Part shown: one piece after another, positions 46,844-56,660 of the stretch
Position numbering within the stretch: position 1 is the first letter of the stretch
Layout of the letters: each line of letters opens with the position of its first letter
Assembly: GCA_050506795.1 (NCBI GenBank)
Contig: JBJHCF010000021.1
Span: forward strand, 22,195-86,194
DNA length: 64,000 nt
Direction of reading: 5' to 3'
DNA from: Opitutia bacterium
GTDB taxonomy: Bacteria > Verrucomicrobiota > Verrucomicrobiia > Opitutales > T3Sed10-336
The notes under the pieces: generated by a model
What the model saw: only the letters and a program-made list of their open reading frames with translations
What the model was told of the DNA's origin: nothing
Databases searched by the model: none
Program-made: the position numbers and the translations under genes

Positions 46844-47302
46844 ATGATGACATCCCTGAAAAGTACAGATCCCGCCCGTTGGCGTTCTCAGGACGGGGTG
46901 TCGCTGGTCGAGGTTCTGATCGCGATCATGGTGATCGGGATTGTGGTCGGTTCCACGGTGGTAGCCATGCGCAGCGGATTCAATATGATCCAGCTCGCAC
47001 GGGACAATACTATGGCTGCGCAGATCATGCAGAGTGAGATGGAGAATCTTCGTCTGATGAACTGGGATCAACTCGGTCAATTGCCGGAGGAAGAGGAATT
47101 CGAGGTGGATACGCAATTGGACGCCAACATCGCCGCGCGGTACGATCGTATTCGGCGGGTAGCGCTGGTGCGGGATGGGATGAGAGAGGTGGAGCTCGTT
47201 GTCGAATGGAACACTGTCAGCGGCTCGCGTCATACCCGGACCTATCGAACCTTGTTTTCTCAGGAAGGGCTTAATGACTACTACTACCGTTCATTCAACT
47301 AA
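46844..47302 (+). CDS. Minor pilin/pseudopilin (PilV/GspI-like)
   Basis: G|VSLVEVLIAI class III signal peptide. Confidence 0.85.
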   Translation: MMTSLKSTDPARWRSQDGVSLVEVLIAIMVIGIVVGSTVVAMRSGFNMIQLARDNTMAAQIMQSEMENLRLMNWDQLGQLPEEEEFEVDTQLDANIAARYDRIRRVALVRDGMREVELVVEWNTVSGSRHTRTYRTLFSQEGLNDYYYRSFN

Positions 47303-47828
47303 CTTTCGGCGAAACGACCGCCGGGCTTTTACCCTGACCGAATTGATGATCGTCATGACGCTTTCGGTCATACTGTCCGGAGCGATCTTTGCCTCTTTCG
47401 GTTTTGTTCTCCGAAGCGGTTTGGCCATCGTCAACTACACGGATATGACTTCGGAAGGCCGTCGCGGGCTGGAGCTGTTCGCCCGCGATGTTCGTACTGC
47501 CGATGATATTATCGATTTCTCGCAGAATTCATTGACCCTCCGGGTGCGGGATCCTGGCGATGCCGTGGTCCAGGTCACCTATCGATTTAATGAGGAAGCG
47601 GGGAATTTTGAACGGGTGATAGACGGCCAGGCGCAGGTCTTGATGAATGACGTGCGTCAGTTTTTCTTTCGCCGCTTCAACGTGCTTCAGCAACCGGCAT
47701 CCAACAATCTGGAGACCAAACAAATCCAGTTGGAGCTTTCCATGGTAAAGGAGGTTATCGGGCGGGAGACTTCGGAGAGAGTCGTGTCCGCCCGGTATAT
47801 CATGCGAAACAAGCAAGTGACCCAGTGA
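47274..47828 (+). CDS. Minor pilin/pseudopilin (PilW/GspJ-like)
   Basis: RA|FTLTELMIV; ARDVRTA; C-terminal MRN. Confidence 0.85.
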   Translation: MTTTTVHSTNFRRNDRRAFTLTELMIVMTLSVILSGAIFASFGFVLRSGLAIVNYTDMTSEGRRGLELFARDVRTADDIIDFSQNSLTLRVRDPGDAVVQVTYRFNEEAGNFERVIDGQAQVLMNDVRQFFFRRFNVLQQPASNNLETKQIQLELSMVKEVIGRETSERVVSARYIMRNKQVTQ

Positions 47829-47867
47829 GGAATGGGTTGAACCGAATAGAGGAAAAAGATCGTTATC

Positions 47868-49157
47868 ATGAAAACAAATAAACGGGATTATCGGGACGAT
47901 CGTGGGTCCATTCTCATTATGGCGATGATTTTCGCCACAATCGCCGCCATTGGCATCGGCAGTTATATTCGGCTGGCGGCGACTGAAATGCGCATGGCCA
48001 ATACGCAATTCTATTCCAACGCGAGCCTCAATTTGGCCGAAGCGGGAATCGAGGAAGCCCTTTACGCCATCAATCGGAAGGAATGGTCCGGGCAAGGCTG
48101 GGGCACGGGCCCGACGTCGCAGGATCGGGAGAAACGTTTCGAGAATGTCGACCTGGGAGCCGGAGCCAACGGCGAATTCATTGTCAGGGTTCTGGGTTAT
48201 AGAAGTGGCGACCCGACCGTGATCGCCGAGGGGCGGGTTTTTTCCTCCGGAGGACGAATGATTTCGAAGCAGATCGAGACCCAGTTGCGGCGGCGTTCGC
48301 CCTTCGCCAATGGGATAACATCGCGTTACGGCATTATCCTCAAGGGGAACAACGTTTTTATAGCGAGCTATATATCGTCCGATCCGTCGGGTGTTCTCCG
48401 GGATAACGGCAGTATTGCCAGCGTCCTGGTGGTTGATGAAGCCATCGACATCGGGAATGCCGAAATCCGGGGCTGGGTGGCCACTGGCGGCGGAGACCCC
48501 AGGTGGCGCCCGAACGCCACGGTCGGTAGCTTTGATACCCCGAACGGGGTGGTGGATCCCGAGCATATTTCCAAGGACTTCACGTCGTCGTTTCCTGAAA
48601 CGGAAGTTCCGAGTCCCGAATTGGTTCCCCTGGTCTATTCCAACGAATTAAGTGAAATCGGCGACCCGCTTTTTCACCAGTATTGGATTGCCGACAGCGT
48701 GCATCGGAGCGGTGCGGGCAGCGAGCTGAGGATCAGGGGGCATGTCACTATGGTTGTGGACAGCAATTTCACCATCGGCGGAAACGGCGGGGTGGTCATT
48801 GAGGAAGGCGCTTCGCTCACGCTCTATGTTGGCGGTAATGTGAGTGTGGCCGGCAATGGCATCGTGAACGATCCGGGCACTCCCAGAAGCCTCCAAATCT
48901 ACGGATATGGCGACGCCATCAGCGATTGGTCTCTTGGCGGGACGGCGAATCTGTTCGCCGCGGTTTATGCGCCGAACGCCAGAATCGATATCCGTGGCAC
49001 CAGTGAATTTCGCGGGGCGGTCGTGGGTTATCAGGTGGAGTTGAATGGCAACACCTATTTCCTCTACGACGAGGACCTCGCCGATCTTTTTACCGAGGAG
49101 CGTTATGCCATGGCCCGTTGGCGGGAGTTGTACGGCAGCGACCGGCATTCGCTCTGA
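47868..49157 (+). CDS. PilX/GspK-like protein with beta-rich C-terminal domain
   Basis: RG|SILIM (no Glu5), ASLNLAEAGIEEA, YAPNA..I.G...GAVVG, YDE.L. Confidence 0.85.
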   Translation: MKTNKRDYRDDRGSILIMAMIFATIAAIGIGSYIRLAATEMRMANTQFYSNASLNLAEAGIEEALYAINRKEWSGQGWGTGPTSQDREKRFENVDLGAGANGEFIVRVLGYRSGDPTVIAEGRVFSSGGRMISKQIETQLRRRSPFANGITSRYGIILKGNNVFIASYISSDPSGVLRDNGSIASVLVVDEAIDIGNAEIRGWVATGGGDPRWRPNATVGSFDTPNGVVDPEHISKDFTSSFPETEVPSPELVPLVYSNELSEIGDPLFHQYWIADSVHRSGAGSELRIRGHVTMVVDSNFTIGGNGGVVIEEGASLTLYVGGNVSVAGNGIVNDPGTPRSLQIYGYGDAISDWSLGGTANLFAAVYAPNARIDIRGTSEFRGAVVGYQVELNGNTYFLYDEDLADLFTEERYAMARWRELYGSDRHSL

Positions 49158-49247
49158 TTATTTCCTTTTACAAAGAGGCGGGAACTCCTGCAAAATGGGG
49201 GTTTGTTCCGGCTCCGCGCTTGTGGAGCCGGTGGAACCACCATCGGC

Positions 49248-50795
49248 ATGAAGAAGTTCTACATCACCACCGCCATCGATTACGCCAACGGCAAACCGCA
49301 CCTGGGTCACGCCTATGAGAAGGTCCTGACCGACGTCATCGCACGTTCCCGGCGGATGATGGGGCAGCCGGTGCATTTCCTGACCGGGCTGGACGAGCAC
49401 GGTCAGAAGGTGCAGCAGACCGCCGGCAAACGTGGCATCGAGCCGAGCGAACTCTGCGACGAGGCCGCGCGTGACTTTCAGGCGCTTTGCCGGGATCTGG
49501 AGATCTCCAACGACGATTTTATTCGCACCACCGAGGAACGGCACAAGCGGGTGGTCCGGCAGATTCTGCAGAAACTCTACGACGAGGGCCAGATCTACAA
49601 GGCCGAATACACCGGGCACTACAGCACCCGGGTGGAGCAGTTTCTGCGGGAGCGGGATCGGAATGAAAACGGCGAATGGCCGGAGGAGTACGGCGAAGTG
49701 GTGGAGATCACCGAGTCGAACTATTTTTTCAAGCTGGGGGCCTACCAGGACTGGCTGATCGAGTTTTTGAATGATAATCCGGACTTTATTTTCCCGCGTT
49801 TTCGTCAGAAGCAGGTTTTGGAATTTCTGAAGGATCCCATCAACGACCTCTGTATCTCCCGTCCGGTGGAACGGCTTTCCTGGGGAATTCCTCTGCCCTT
49901 CGACGAAGGCTACGTGACCTACGTCTGGTTCGACGCCCTGGTGAACTACATCTCGGCGGTGGGGTACGGGGAAGAGCGATTTGAGGAGTATTGGCCGGCC
50001 GATTTTCATGTCATCGGCAAGGACATTCTGGTGCCCCCGCACGCGGTTTATTGGCCCATTATGCTAAAGGCGGCCGGCGTTCCGCTGCCACGGGCAATCC
50101 TGGCCCATGGGTGGTGGCTCAAGTCGGGGCAGAAAATGGCCAAGAGCACCGGAAACATCGTCGATCCGCTCGACCTGATCGGGGAGTTCGGTCCGGACGC
50201 TTTCCGTTATTTTGTTACCCGCGAAATGAACGTCGGTCAGGACAGCAACTTTTCGCTGGAACTTTTCCTTTCCCGTTACAACAGCGATCTGGCCAACGAC
50301 CTGGGAAACCTGGTCAGCCGTACGCTTAACATGATCGGACGTTATTGCGACGGCACGGTACCGGCCGTTTCGATCGACGGCGATCCGGAGTCGGAACTGC
50401 GGGCGCTTTGGGAGGAAACCCGGACCGGTTCGGCCGAGCTTTACGCGGAAATGCAGTTTCATGCCGCGCTGGATAAGACCTTCGCGTTTATCCGCGCGAT
50501 CAATCGCTACGCCGAACTGCGCTCTCCCTGGAAGCTGGCCAAATCGGGGGACCCGGAAGATCGGCGGATCGTTGAAACCGCTCTGGCCACCATGGCGGAG
50601 GGCGTTCGTCTGAGCGTTGCGTTGCTGAAACCGGTCATGCCGGGCACGGCGGACCGGGTCTGCGGCTTGTTGGGTATGACCGGCGTCCGGGAGTGGGAAA
50701 AGGACCTGGCCTGGTCGACGGTCCTGGAAGGCAATCGCACGGCCAAGTCCGAAATCCTGTTTCCCCGTCCGAAAAGCGAGCTGTCCGGCAGCTAG
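49248..50795 (+). CDS. metG: Methionine--tRNA ligase (short form)
   Basis: FYITTAIDYANGKPHLGH, GLDEHGQK, DLCISR, YVWFDAL, GKDI, KMAKS, LFPR. Confidence 0.97.
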   Translation: MKKFYITTAIDYANGKPHLGHAYEKVLTDVIARSRRMMGQPVHFLTGLDEHGQKVQQTAGKRGIEPSELCDEAARDFQALCRDLEISNDDFIRTTEERHKRVVRQILQKLYDEGQIYKAEYTGHYSTRVEQFLRERDRNENGEWPEEYGEVVEITESNYFFKLGAYQDWLIEFLNDNPDFIFPRFRQKQVLEFLKDPINDLCISRPVERLSWGIPLPFDEGYVTYVWFDALVNYISAVGYGEERFEEYWPADFHVIGKDILVPPHAVYWPIMLKAAGVPLPRAILAHGWWLKSGQKMAKSTGNIVDPLDLIGEFGPDAFRYFVTREMNVGQDSNFSLELFLSRYNSDLANDLGNLVSRTLNMIGRYCDGTVPAVSIDGDPESELRALWEETRTGSAELYAEMQFHAALDKTFAFIRAINRYAELRSPWKLAKSGDPEDRRIVETALATMAEGVRLSVALLKPVMPGTADRVCGLLGMTGVREWEKDLAWSTVLEGNRTAKSEILFPRPKSELSGS

Positions 50796-50833
50796 GGCGC
50801 GGAGGGAAGGGATTCGGGGTAACGGCGCGTCGT

Positions 50834-52282
50834 ATGCGGACATTGGAATTCCAGGATTATCCGGATCGCAGCCGGGATTCCCTGGCTGCTTTCTTGAACG
50901 ATTGTCGGAAACGCGCCCGGGAAAAAGGACGTTTCCAGATCGCCAGCATTTCCCTGCAAGTGCGGAATATTGATCCGCTGGCGGTGCTGGAATCCATTTT
51001 CGCGCCACACGAATGGCACTTTTACTTGGAGCGAGGCGAGGAAGGCTGGGCTCTGGCGGGCGCCGACGAAGTGGTTTCGTGCCAGGTCGAGGGGCCGGAG
51101 AGATTCGGACTCGCCCGGGAGTTTGTGCGCGAGGTGCTGGAGAACACGGTGGCTATTGGGGATCTGGAGGTGCCGTTTTCCGGACCGCATTTTTTTGGCG
51201 GTTTTACATTTTTCGATACGCCGGGCGAGGGGTCGCCTTTCCCGGGCGGCGCCCTGTTTCTGCCCCGCTGGCAGGTGTCCCGGTCGGTCGAGGGAAACTG
51301 CGCGGTGGCCAATGTGAAAGTGACGCCCGAGGCCGATGTCGAGGTGTTGGCGGATACGGTCTGGCGGGCGCACGCGCGGTTTTCCGCTTTTGATTACACG
51401 GCGCCCGCCGGCGAATCGGTTCCGGCGTCGTCGGAGGGCTTCTCGCCCGGCTTGCGGCACCGGGAGGTGCGGTCCGGCGCCATGACGTTTCGTGAGGCGG
51501 TGGCCGGGGCTTTGGAGGATATTGGCCGGGGCCGCTACCGGAAAATCGTGCTGGCGCGAGCCATTGATCTCAGTCTGGGAAAGGCGATCAATCCGCTGCA
51601 TGCCTTGAATGACCTTCGATTGCGGTATCCGGAATCCTACGGGTATTCGCTGGCCAACGGACGGGGCCACAGTTTTATCGGAGCGAGTCCCGAACGTTTG
51701 TTGCGGGTGCGGGGCGGGCGTCTCCTGACCGAGGCTCTCGCCGGATCGGCCCCCCGGGGTCAGGGGGCGGCGGAGGACGTTCTTCTGGGCGAAAAATTAT
51801 TGCGCAGCGATAAGGACCTGCGCGAACACGCCTTGGTGCTGGATTCCGTATGCCGCCGGCTGAGGGCTGTCGGACTGGCGCCGGAGTCGGCGCCGGTGCC
51901 GCGGTTGCTGAGCCTGCCGAACGTGCGGCACCTGCACACCCCGGTGGAAGCGCCGCTGCCGGAATCAGTTGACCTTTTCACGCTGCTTTCGACCCTTCAC
52001 CCGACACCGGCGGTGGGTGGAACGCCGCGGGAAGCCGCCTGCGCGGCGATACCCCATTACGAGCCGTTTGATCGCGGTCTGTATGCCGGTCCGGTGGGAT
52101 GGGTGGATTGTCGCGGCGAAGGGGAGTTTACAGTGGCCATTCGTTCCGCCCTGGTGGGTGGAGATCTGGCGCGCGTTTTTGCCGGCGCCGGAATTGTTGA
52201 AGGGTCCGATCCCGAGGCGGAATGGCGAGAGACCGAACTCAAATTCCGCACCTTGCTGGAGGCTTTGGCGCGATCCGGCTGA
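50834..52282 (+). CDS. menF: Isochorismate synthase
   Basis: KIVLAR, FIGASPERL, ALAGS, KDLREH, LHPTPAVGG, RGLYAGPVG, AGAGIV..SDP; menC and menE in the window. Confidence 0.88.
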   Translation: MRTLEFQDYPDRSRDSLAAFLNDCRKRAREKGRFQIASISLQVRNIDPLAVLESIFAPHEWHFYLERGEEGWALAGADEVVSCQVEGPERFGLAREFVREVLENTVAIGDLEVPFSGPHFFGGFTFFDTPGEGSPFPGGALFLPRWQVSRSVEGNCAVANVKVTPEADVEVLADTVWRAHARFSAFDYTAPAGESVPASSEGFSPGLRHREVRSGAMTFREAVAGALEDIGRGRYRKIVLARAIDLSLGKAINPLHALNDLRLRYPESYGYSLANGRGHSFIGASPERLLRVRGGRLLTEALAGSAPRGQGAAEDVLLGEKLLRSDKDLREHALVLDSVCRRLRAVGLAPESAPVPRLLSLPNVRHLHTPVEAPLPESVDLFTLLSTLHPTPAVGGTPREAACAAIPHYEPFDRGLYAGPVGWVDCRGEGEFTVAIRSALVGGDLARVFAGAGIVEGSDPEAEWRETELKFRTLLEALARSG

Positions 52283-52325
52283 CCTGACTTGCGATTCGGC
52301 TGGAATGAGCGGATAAAGGACTTCG

Positions 52326-53582
52326 ATGACCGAGGACAAGGCAAACCGAAACACAGGCCGGGCTCTGCGGCGAGGATCTCCCTGGCGACAGGTGGGAATC
52401 GTGTATCGCAAGGAGTTGATCGACATCCTGCGGGATCGCCGGGCTCTGATCTCTATGATTCTGGTTCCCCTCCTGGTGATCCCCCTGCTGATTTTCGCGT
52501 TTGGCGCTTTGTCCTACGTGGTAATGGAGCAGGCCCGTCAGGAGGTTCATCGGGTGTTGCTGCTTGGTGGAGAGGACTCGCCCGGAGTGGTGGAACGGCT
52601 CGGATCGCGGGAGGGCATACTTTTGGTGGAGGGGGAGGACGATCACGTCGACGCGATCCTCAGCCGGCGCGTTCGCGCGGCGGTGCGCATCCCCGATGGA
52701 TTCGAGGCCGCTTTGCTGGCGGAGGAGGAGACGGGAGAAGTGGTGATTTTCACTTTTGAGGGAGAAATCAAATCCGGTATGGCCGCGTCGCTGTTGCGGG
52801 ATTTTTTCCGACAACTGCGGGAAGAGGTGGTGGAAACCCGGCTGTCGCAACGGGGTATCGCGCGGGAATTGATGGAGCCATTTTCGATTGGATCGCGCAA
52901 TGTCGCTCCACCGGAAAAGGTCACTGGCAGTACACTCGGCGGGGTGATTCCCTATCTGATCATTCTGCTCTGTGTGACCGGCGCCATGTACCCGGCCATG
53001 GACCTGACCGCGGGAGAGAAGGAGAGGGGGACCATGGAAACGATTCTGAGCAGTCCGGTTTCGCGGCTGTCCCTCGTGTTGGGAAAATACCTGGTTGTGG
53101 TCACCGCTTCGGTGGCGACGACCCTCCTGGCGGTGGGATCGCTGGGAGCGGCTTTTTTTTACGGGTTCTCCCTTCTGGACCGGGCGGAAGGCAGTGCCGA
53201 GGCCATATTGGCGATCGATCCCCTGGCTCTGGTGGCGGTGTTTTTTCTGCTGTTGCCGGTGGCATGCCTTTTTTCGGCCGCTTTGCTGGCACTGTCCCTA
53301 TTTGCCCGCAGCTTTAAGGAGGCCCAGAGCTACGTCTCACCCCTATTGATTTTGGCGATCCTTCCGGCAATCGCGGCCACGCTTCCGGGGATGGAGCTCA
53401 ACTCTGCTTTGATCTGGGCGCCGGTGTTGAACATCGCCCTGGTCAGCAAGGAAATGATGATCGGCAGCTACGATTGGGGCGCCATCGGACTGGTTTTTGG
53501 CACCACTTGTGTGTACGCCGTGCTGGTTCTTTTGATCGCGGTGCGTTTGTTCAACCGGGAATCCGTGTTGTTTCGCTCCTAG
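52326..53582 (+). CDS. NatB-like ABC (Na+ efflux) permease
   Basis: KELIDILRDRR, AMDLTAGEKERGTMETIL, ARSFKEAQSY, FNRESVLF. Confidence 0.88.
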   Translation: MTEDKANRNTGRALRRGSPWRQVGIVYRKELIDILRDRRALISMILVPLLVIPLLIFAFGALSYVVMEQARQEVHRVLLLGGEDSPGVVERLGSREGILLVEGEDDHVDAILSRRVRAAVRIPDGFEAALLAEEETGEVVIFTFEGEIKSGMAASLLRDFFRQLREEVVETRLSQRGIARELMEPFSIGSRNVAPPEKVTGSTLGGVIPYLIILLCVTGAMYPAMDLTAGEKERGTMETILSSPVSRLSLVLGKYLVVVTASVATTLLAVGSLGAAFFYGFSLLDRAEGSAEAILAIDPLALVAVFFLLLPVACLFSAALLALSLFARSFKEAQSYVSPLLILAILPAIAATLPGMELNSALIWAPVLNIALVSKEMMIGSYDWGAIGLVFGTTCVYAVLVLLIAVRLFNRESVLFRS

Positions 53583-53742
53583 CCTGGCTTATTCGCGAAG
53601 CCCTGAGCCGCAGGCGAATCAATTGCGCAAAATACCGGACGTCAAAAAAGTTCCGCAACCGAATTAAACGTAACAAATTCGTAGAAAATACCCTAAATTG
53701 TTTTTTGCGCAATCCGGTGAATAATTCAGGCAAGCCTTCCGC

Positions 53743-55227
53743 TCAATCGTCCTGAGTACGCGGACCGGGTGAGGGATTCTCCCGGCTTTCCAGATGGCGG
53801 CGCAGGTAGGCCATGCCCTCCTCTTCGGAGGAAAACTCACCGTCCAACTGGGCCTCGAACAGGGATTCGAGCAGAGGTTTGAAGTCCGGTCCCGGCGGCA
53901 ATCCTTCCGCGATCAAATGCCTTCCCTGCAGAATCGGTTTTGGAGCCCGGGCTTCGATTGCAAGGCGGTGCGCGCCCTCCCTCAAACTGTCGATTCCCGG
54001 ATGCGGTTCGTCCTGTTGCGGGGGGCGTCCGCGCATATCGGCCAGCATGACCAGGCAAAGGTCCTCGATCGCCGCCGGGGCCAAACGCCGGGCCAGGCGG
54101 CGAATGGCGGATGGGCTTGGGGTGCCCTGAGTGTGAATGTGAAACAAGTGATTTTCCACCAAAGGCACGACAAAGGCCCGGGTGGCTTTGGGAGCGCCGA
54201 TTCGTTCCAGAAACGTCGCGGCCAGTTTGCCGCCTTCCATTTCGTGCCGGGGACTGACCCAGCGCAGGACGCCATTCTTTTCCACCTGTTCGGTAGTGAC
54301 GGCTTTGCCCAGATCGTGGACGAGCACCGCGAGCATCAGGTCCCGGCGTTTCGCCGGTGGGGCCGTGCGCCACTCCTCCATGGCGGCCAGGCTGTCGACG
54401 CAGTGCAGAGTGTGGCGAAAAACGTCGCCCTCCGGATGCCATTCGGGATCCTGTGGCACCCCGTCGAGTGCCTGGATTTCGGGGAACCAGGCGAGCCATC
54501 CGGTTTCCCGCAGCACCTCCAGGCCCCGTCCAGGAGAGATCGAACGTTCGGCCCATTTTTCCCATTCTCCCCAAATCCTCTCCCGGGGCAGATCCTTGAA
54601 AGTATGGCGAATCGAGCGGCAGAGGGCCACGGTTTCCGGAGCCAGGGTCAGTTGAAAGCGGGCGGCGAGCTGAAAGGCCCGCAACACCCGCAGAGGATCT
54701 TCGGCAAAGGCCTCGCTGGCGTGACGCAGTCGTCGTTCCCGCAGGTCCCGAACTCCTCCCAGTGGATCGAGTACGGCTTCGTCCCGGGGGTCCCAGGAAA
54801 TGGCGTTGAGGGTGAAATCACGCCGTCGCGCGGCTCTATCCAGCGGAAGGTGGGGATCGGGCTGCACATCAAACCCGCGGTGCCCCGTGCCGGTTTTAAT
54901 TTCCCGGCGCGGCAGGCTGAAATCGAAGGAATCTCCGTTTACCCGAACTTTGACTACGCCAAAGTGTTTTCCCACTATGTCAGTTGCCCCAAAAGGGCGA
55001 AGGATTCTGAGCAGCCCGGGGTAATCCAGGCCGTATACCTCAATATCAAATTCCTCCGGTTTCAGTCCCAGGAGCCAGTCCCGGACGCAGCCTCCGACCA
55101 GCAGCGGGCGACCGGATTCGCCCAGTTTGTGAAGAATCCTCACCAGCGCTCCCGGCAAAAATCGCGATAGCGGTGGGACCGGAGGAAGTCCGGAAGGTTT
55201 GTCAGGGTATTCATTCGCCGATGGCAT
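53743..55227 (-). CDS. tRNA nucleotidyltransferase (CCA-adding/poly(A) polymerase family) with HD domain
   Basis: VGGCVRD, RRDFTLNA, EDPLRVLR, ERIWGEW, WHPEGDV, HDLGK, GRHLI..G..PGP. Confidence 0.92.
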   Translation of the reverse strand: MPSANEYPDKPSGLPPVPPLSRFLPGALVRILHKLGESGRPLLVGGCVRDWLLGLKPEEFDIEVYGLDYPGLLRILRPFGATDIVGKHFGVVKVRVNGDSFDFSLPRREIKTGTGHRGFDVQPDPHLPLDRAARRRDFTLNAISWDPRDEAVLDPLGGVRDLRERRLRHASEAFAEDPLRVLRAFQLAARFQLTLAPETVALCRSIRHTFKDLPRERIWGEWEKWAERSISPGRGLEVLRETGWLAWFPEIQALDGVPQDPEWHPEGDVFRHTLHCVDSLAAMEEWRTAPPAKRRDLMLAVLVHDLGKAVTTEQVEKNGVLRWVSPRHEMEGGKLAATFLERIGAPKATRAFVVPLVENHLFHIHTQGTPSPSAIRRLARRLAPAAIEDLCLVMLADMRGRPPQQDEPHPGIDSLREGAHRLAIEARAPKPILQGRHLIAEGLPPGPDFKPLLESLFEAQLDGEFSSEEEGMAYLRRHLESRENPSPGPRTQDD

Positions 55228-55262
55228 GTCAGGAACCTTCAGTTTAAGAGGTGCGCGGACGG

Positions 55263-55646
55263 TTAAGCGTTTCGCCAGGCCGCCAGGGCCAGCAGCAGCC
55301 ACCCCGCCATAAGAATCAGCCCGCCGAGCGGAGTGATGGGGCCGAGAAATCCGGGACCCCCGAGCGACAGCCAATACAGCGAACCGGAGAAAGCCAACGT
55401 GCCGGCCAGCCAGCAGGTCGCGGCGGCCGCCAACAGACGCCGGGGCTCGGTCCGCAGCCAGACGCCGGCGGCCAGCAAGGCGACCGCATGAAAGAGATGA
55501 TAGAGCACCGCAGTGTTCCATGCGGATTCGGTGCCGCGCTCGAGCAGGGCTTCTTCCAGATAGTGGGCCCCGAGAGCTCCCAGCAGGATGGCGAAGAAAC
55601 CAAGAATTGCGGCGAGAATAAGTATGATTTTGGCGGCAGGCATCAT
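55263..55646 (-). CDS. DUF423 family membrane protein
   Basis: GALGAH, TAVLYHLFH, FSGSLY, GPITPLGG. Confidence 0.92.
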   Translation of the reverse strand: MMPAAKIILILAAILGFFAILLGALGAHYLEEALLERGTESAWNTAVLYHLFHAVALLAAGVWLRTEPRRLLAAAATCWLAGTLAFSGSLYWLSLGGPGFLGPITPLGGLILMAGWLLLALAAWRNA

Positions 55647-55787
55647 TGATCAGGTCAAACAGGCGGCGAGCGCACGTCCCGGACGAACCGCCGGGCCGGC
55701 TAGATTTTCCTTGCGAGGCGATGGGCTTGTCTCTATCCCCCGTTGTGTATTGGTCTTAAACTGAAAAACTTTTATCGTAAATCCCGT

Positions 55788-56579
55788 ATGAAGAAGAAAT
55801 CACTGATTCTGGCACTGGCCGCGGTGGCCGGTGGTTCAACGCTTGGTGCGCAGTACACGGACTGGTTGCCTGACAACTATTCCCTCACGATGCAGATGGA
55901 ATATCAATCACGCCATGTTTTCCGTGGTTTCAAGCAGGCTGACGACACGTTCAGCCCTTCGTTGGAGCTCGGTTACGGCGACGCCTATTTCGGTTGGGAT
56001 GCGTATTTCCCGACCGGAAGGGACGACGGAGCCTTCCAGGAACACCAACTCTATGCCGGTATCGATTTTGCCATTCCGGGCTATCGTACCATGGGTGTGG
56101 ACATAGGAGCGGTGGTGTACGATTTCCCGCACCAGGATGGCAACCGTAACCATGAATTCTACGGCGGTCTGCTTTTCGGCAATTTTGAAGCGGTTCCCGG
56201 TCTGCAACTCTCGACCTACCTGCGCCACGATGTCGATGTGAAACACACAATATTCGAGCCGGCGGTTCGTTATCACTACGATTTCGACGGTCCGGCCATG
56301 GTGATTCCGATTCGTATCCAGTTCGATGGATACGCCGGTTTCCTCAGCGATCGCAAACCCGTCGCCAATTACCGGACCGAGCCCGGTGATTTGTCCCGTG
56401 AACGCATGAAGGACAGTTACAATTATTACGGCGCCTCGGCGCAGATCTTCTTCCGCATCGATCCGAACGCAACTCTGGGCGCCGGCGTACATTACGCTGA
56501 CGCGATCAATCAGGACGAAGATTTTCAGCCGCGGGACAATAACCTTTTCTGGAAGGTTAGCCTGACCATGGGATTCTGA
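55788..56579 (+). CDS. Putative outer-membrane beta-barrel (TorF-like)
   Basis: Signal peptide, SRHVFRG, alternating aromatic strands, C-terminal Phe. Confidence 0.65.
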   Translation: MKKKSLILALAAVAGGSTLGAQYTDWLPDNYSLTMQMEYQSRHVFRGFKQADDTFSPSLELGYGDAYFGWDAYFPTGRDDGAFQEHQLYAGIDFAIPGYRTMGVDIGAVVYDFPHQDGNRNHEFYGGLLFGNFEAVPGLQLSTYLRHDVDVKHTIFEPAVRYHYDFDGPAMVIPIRIQFDGYAGFLSDRKPVANYRTEPGDLSRERMKDSYNYYGASAQIFFRIDPNATLGAGVHYADAINQDEDFQPRDNNLFWKVSLTMGF

Positions 56580-56605
56580 TTCCCGTCTCCGCAGGTTTTT
56601 CCAAC

Positions 56606-56639
56606 AAAAAGGCCCGCACCTTCAAGTGCGGGCCTTTTT
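56606..56639. terminator. Bidirectional rho-independent terminator
   Basis: AAAAA-GGCCCGCAC-cttcaa-GTGCGGGCC-TTTTT between convergent genes. Confidence 0.92.
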
Positions 56640-56660
56640 GTGCCGGGACTGGTGTCGCGT

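Noticed and set aside
49158..49247. T-box or SAM riboswitch before metG
   Set aside because: The gap is only 90 nt and lacks the T-box and SAM consensus motifs.
53794..55170. Long antisense ORFs (also 1265-2392, 4155-5213, 12317-13471, 36712-38061, 58332-59696)
   Set aside because: Expected shadows of GC-rich genes; no motifs, and each lies opposite a well-supported gene.
55228..55521. N-terminal extension of the nucleotidyltransferase ORF
   Set aside because: Overlaps the DUF423 gene in another frame and has no family motifs.
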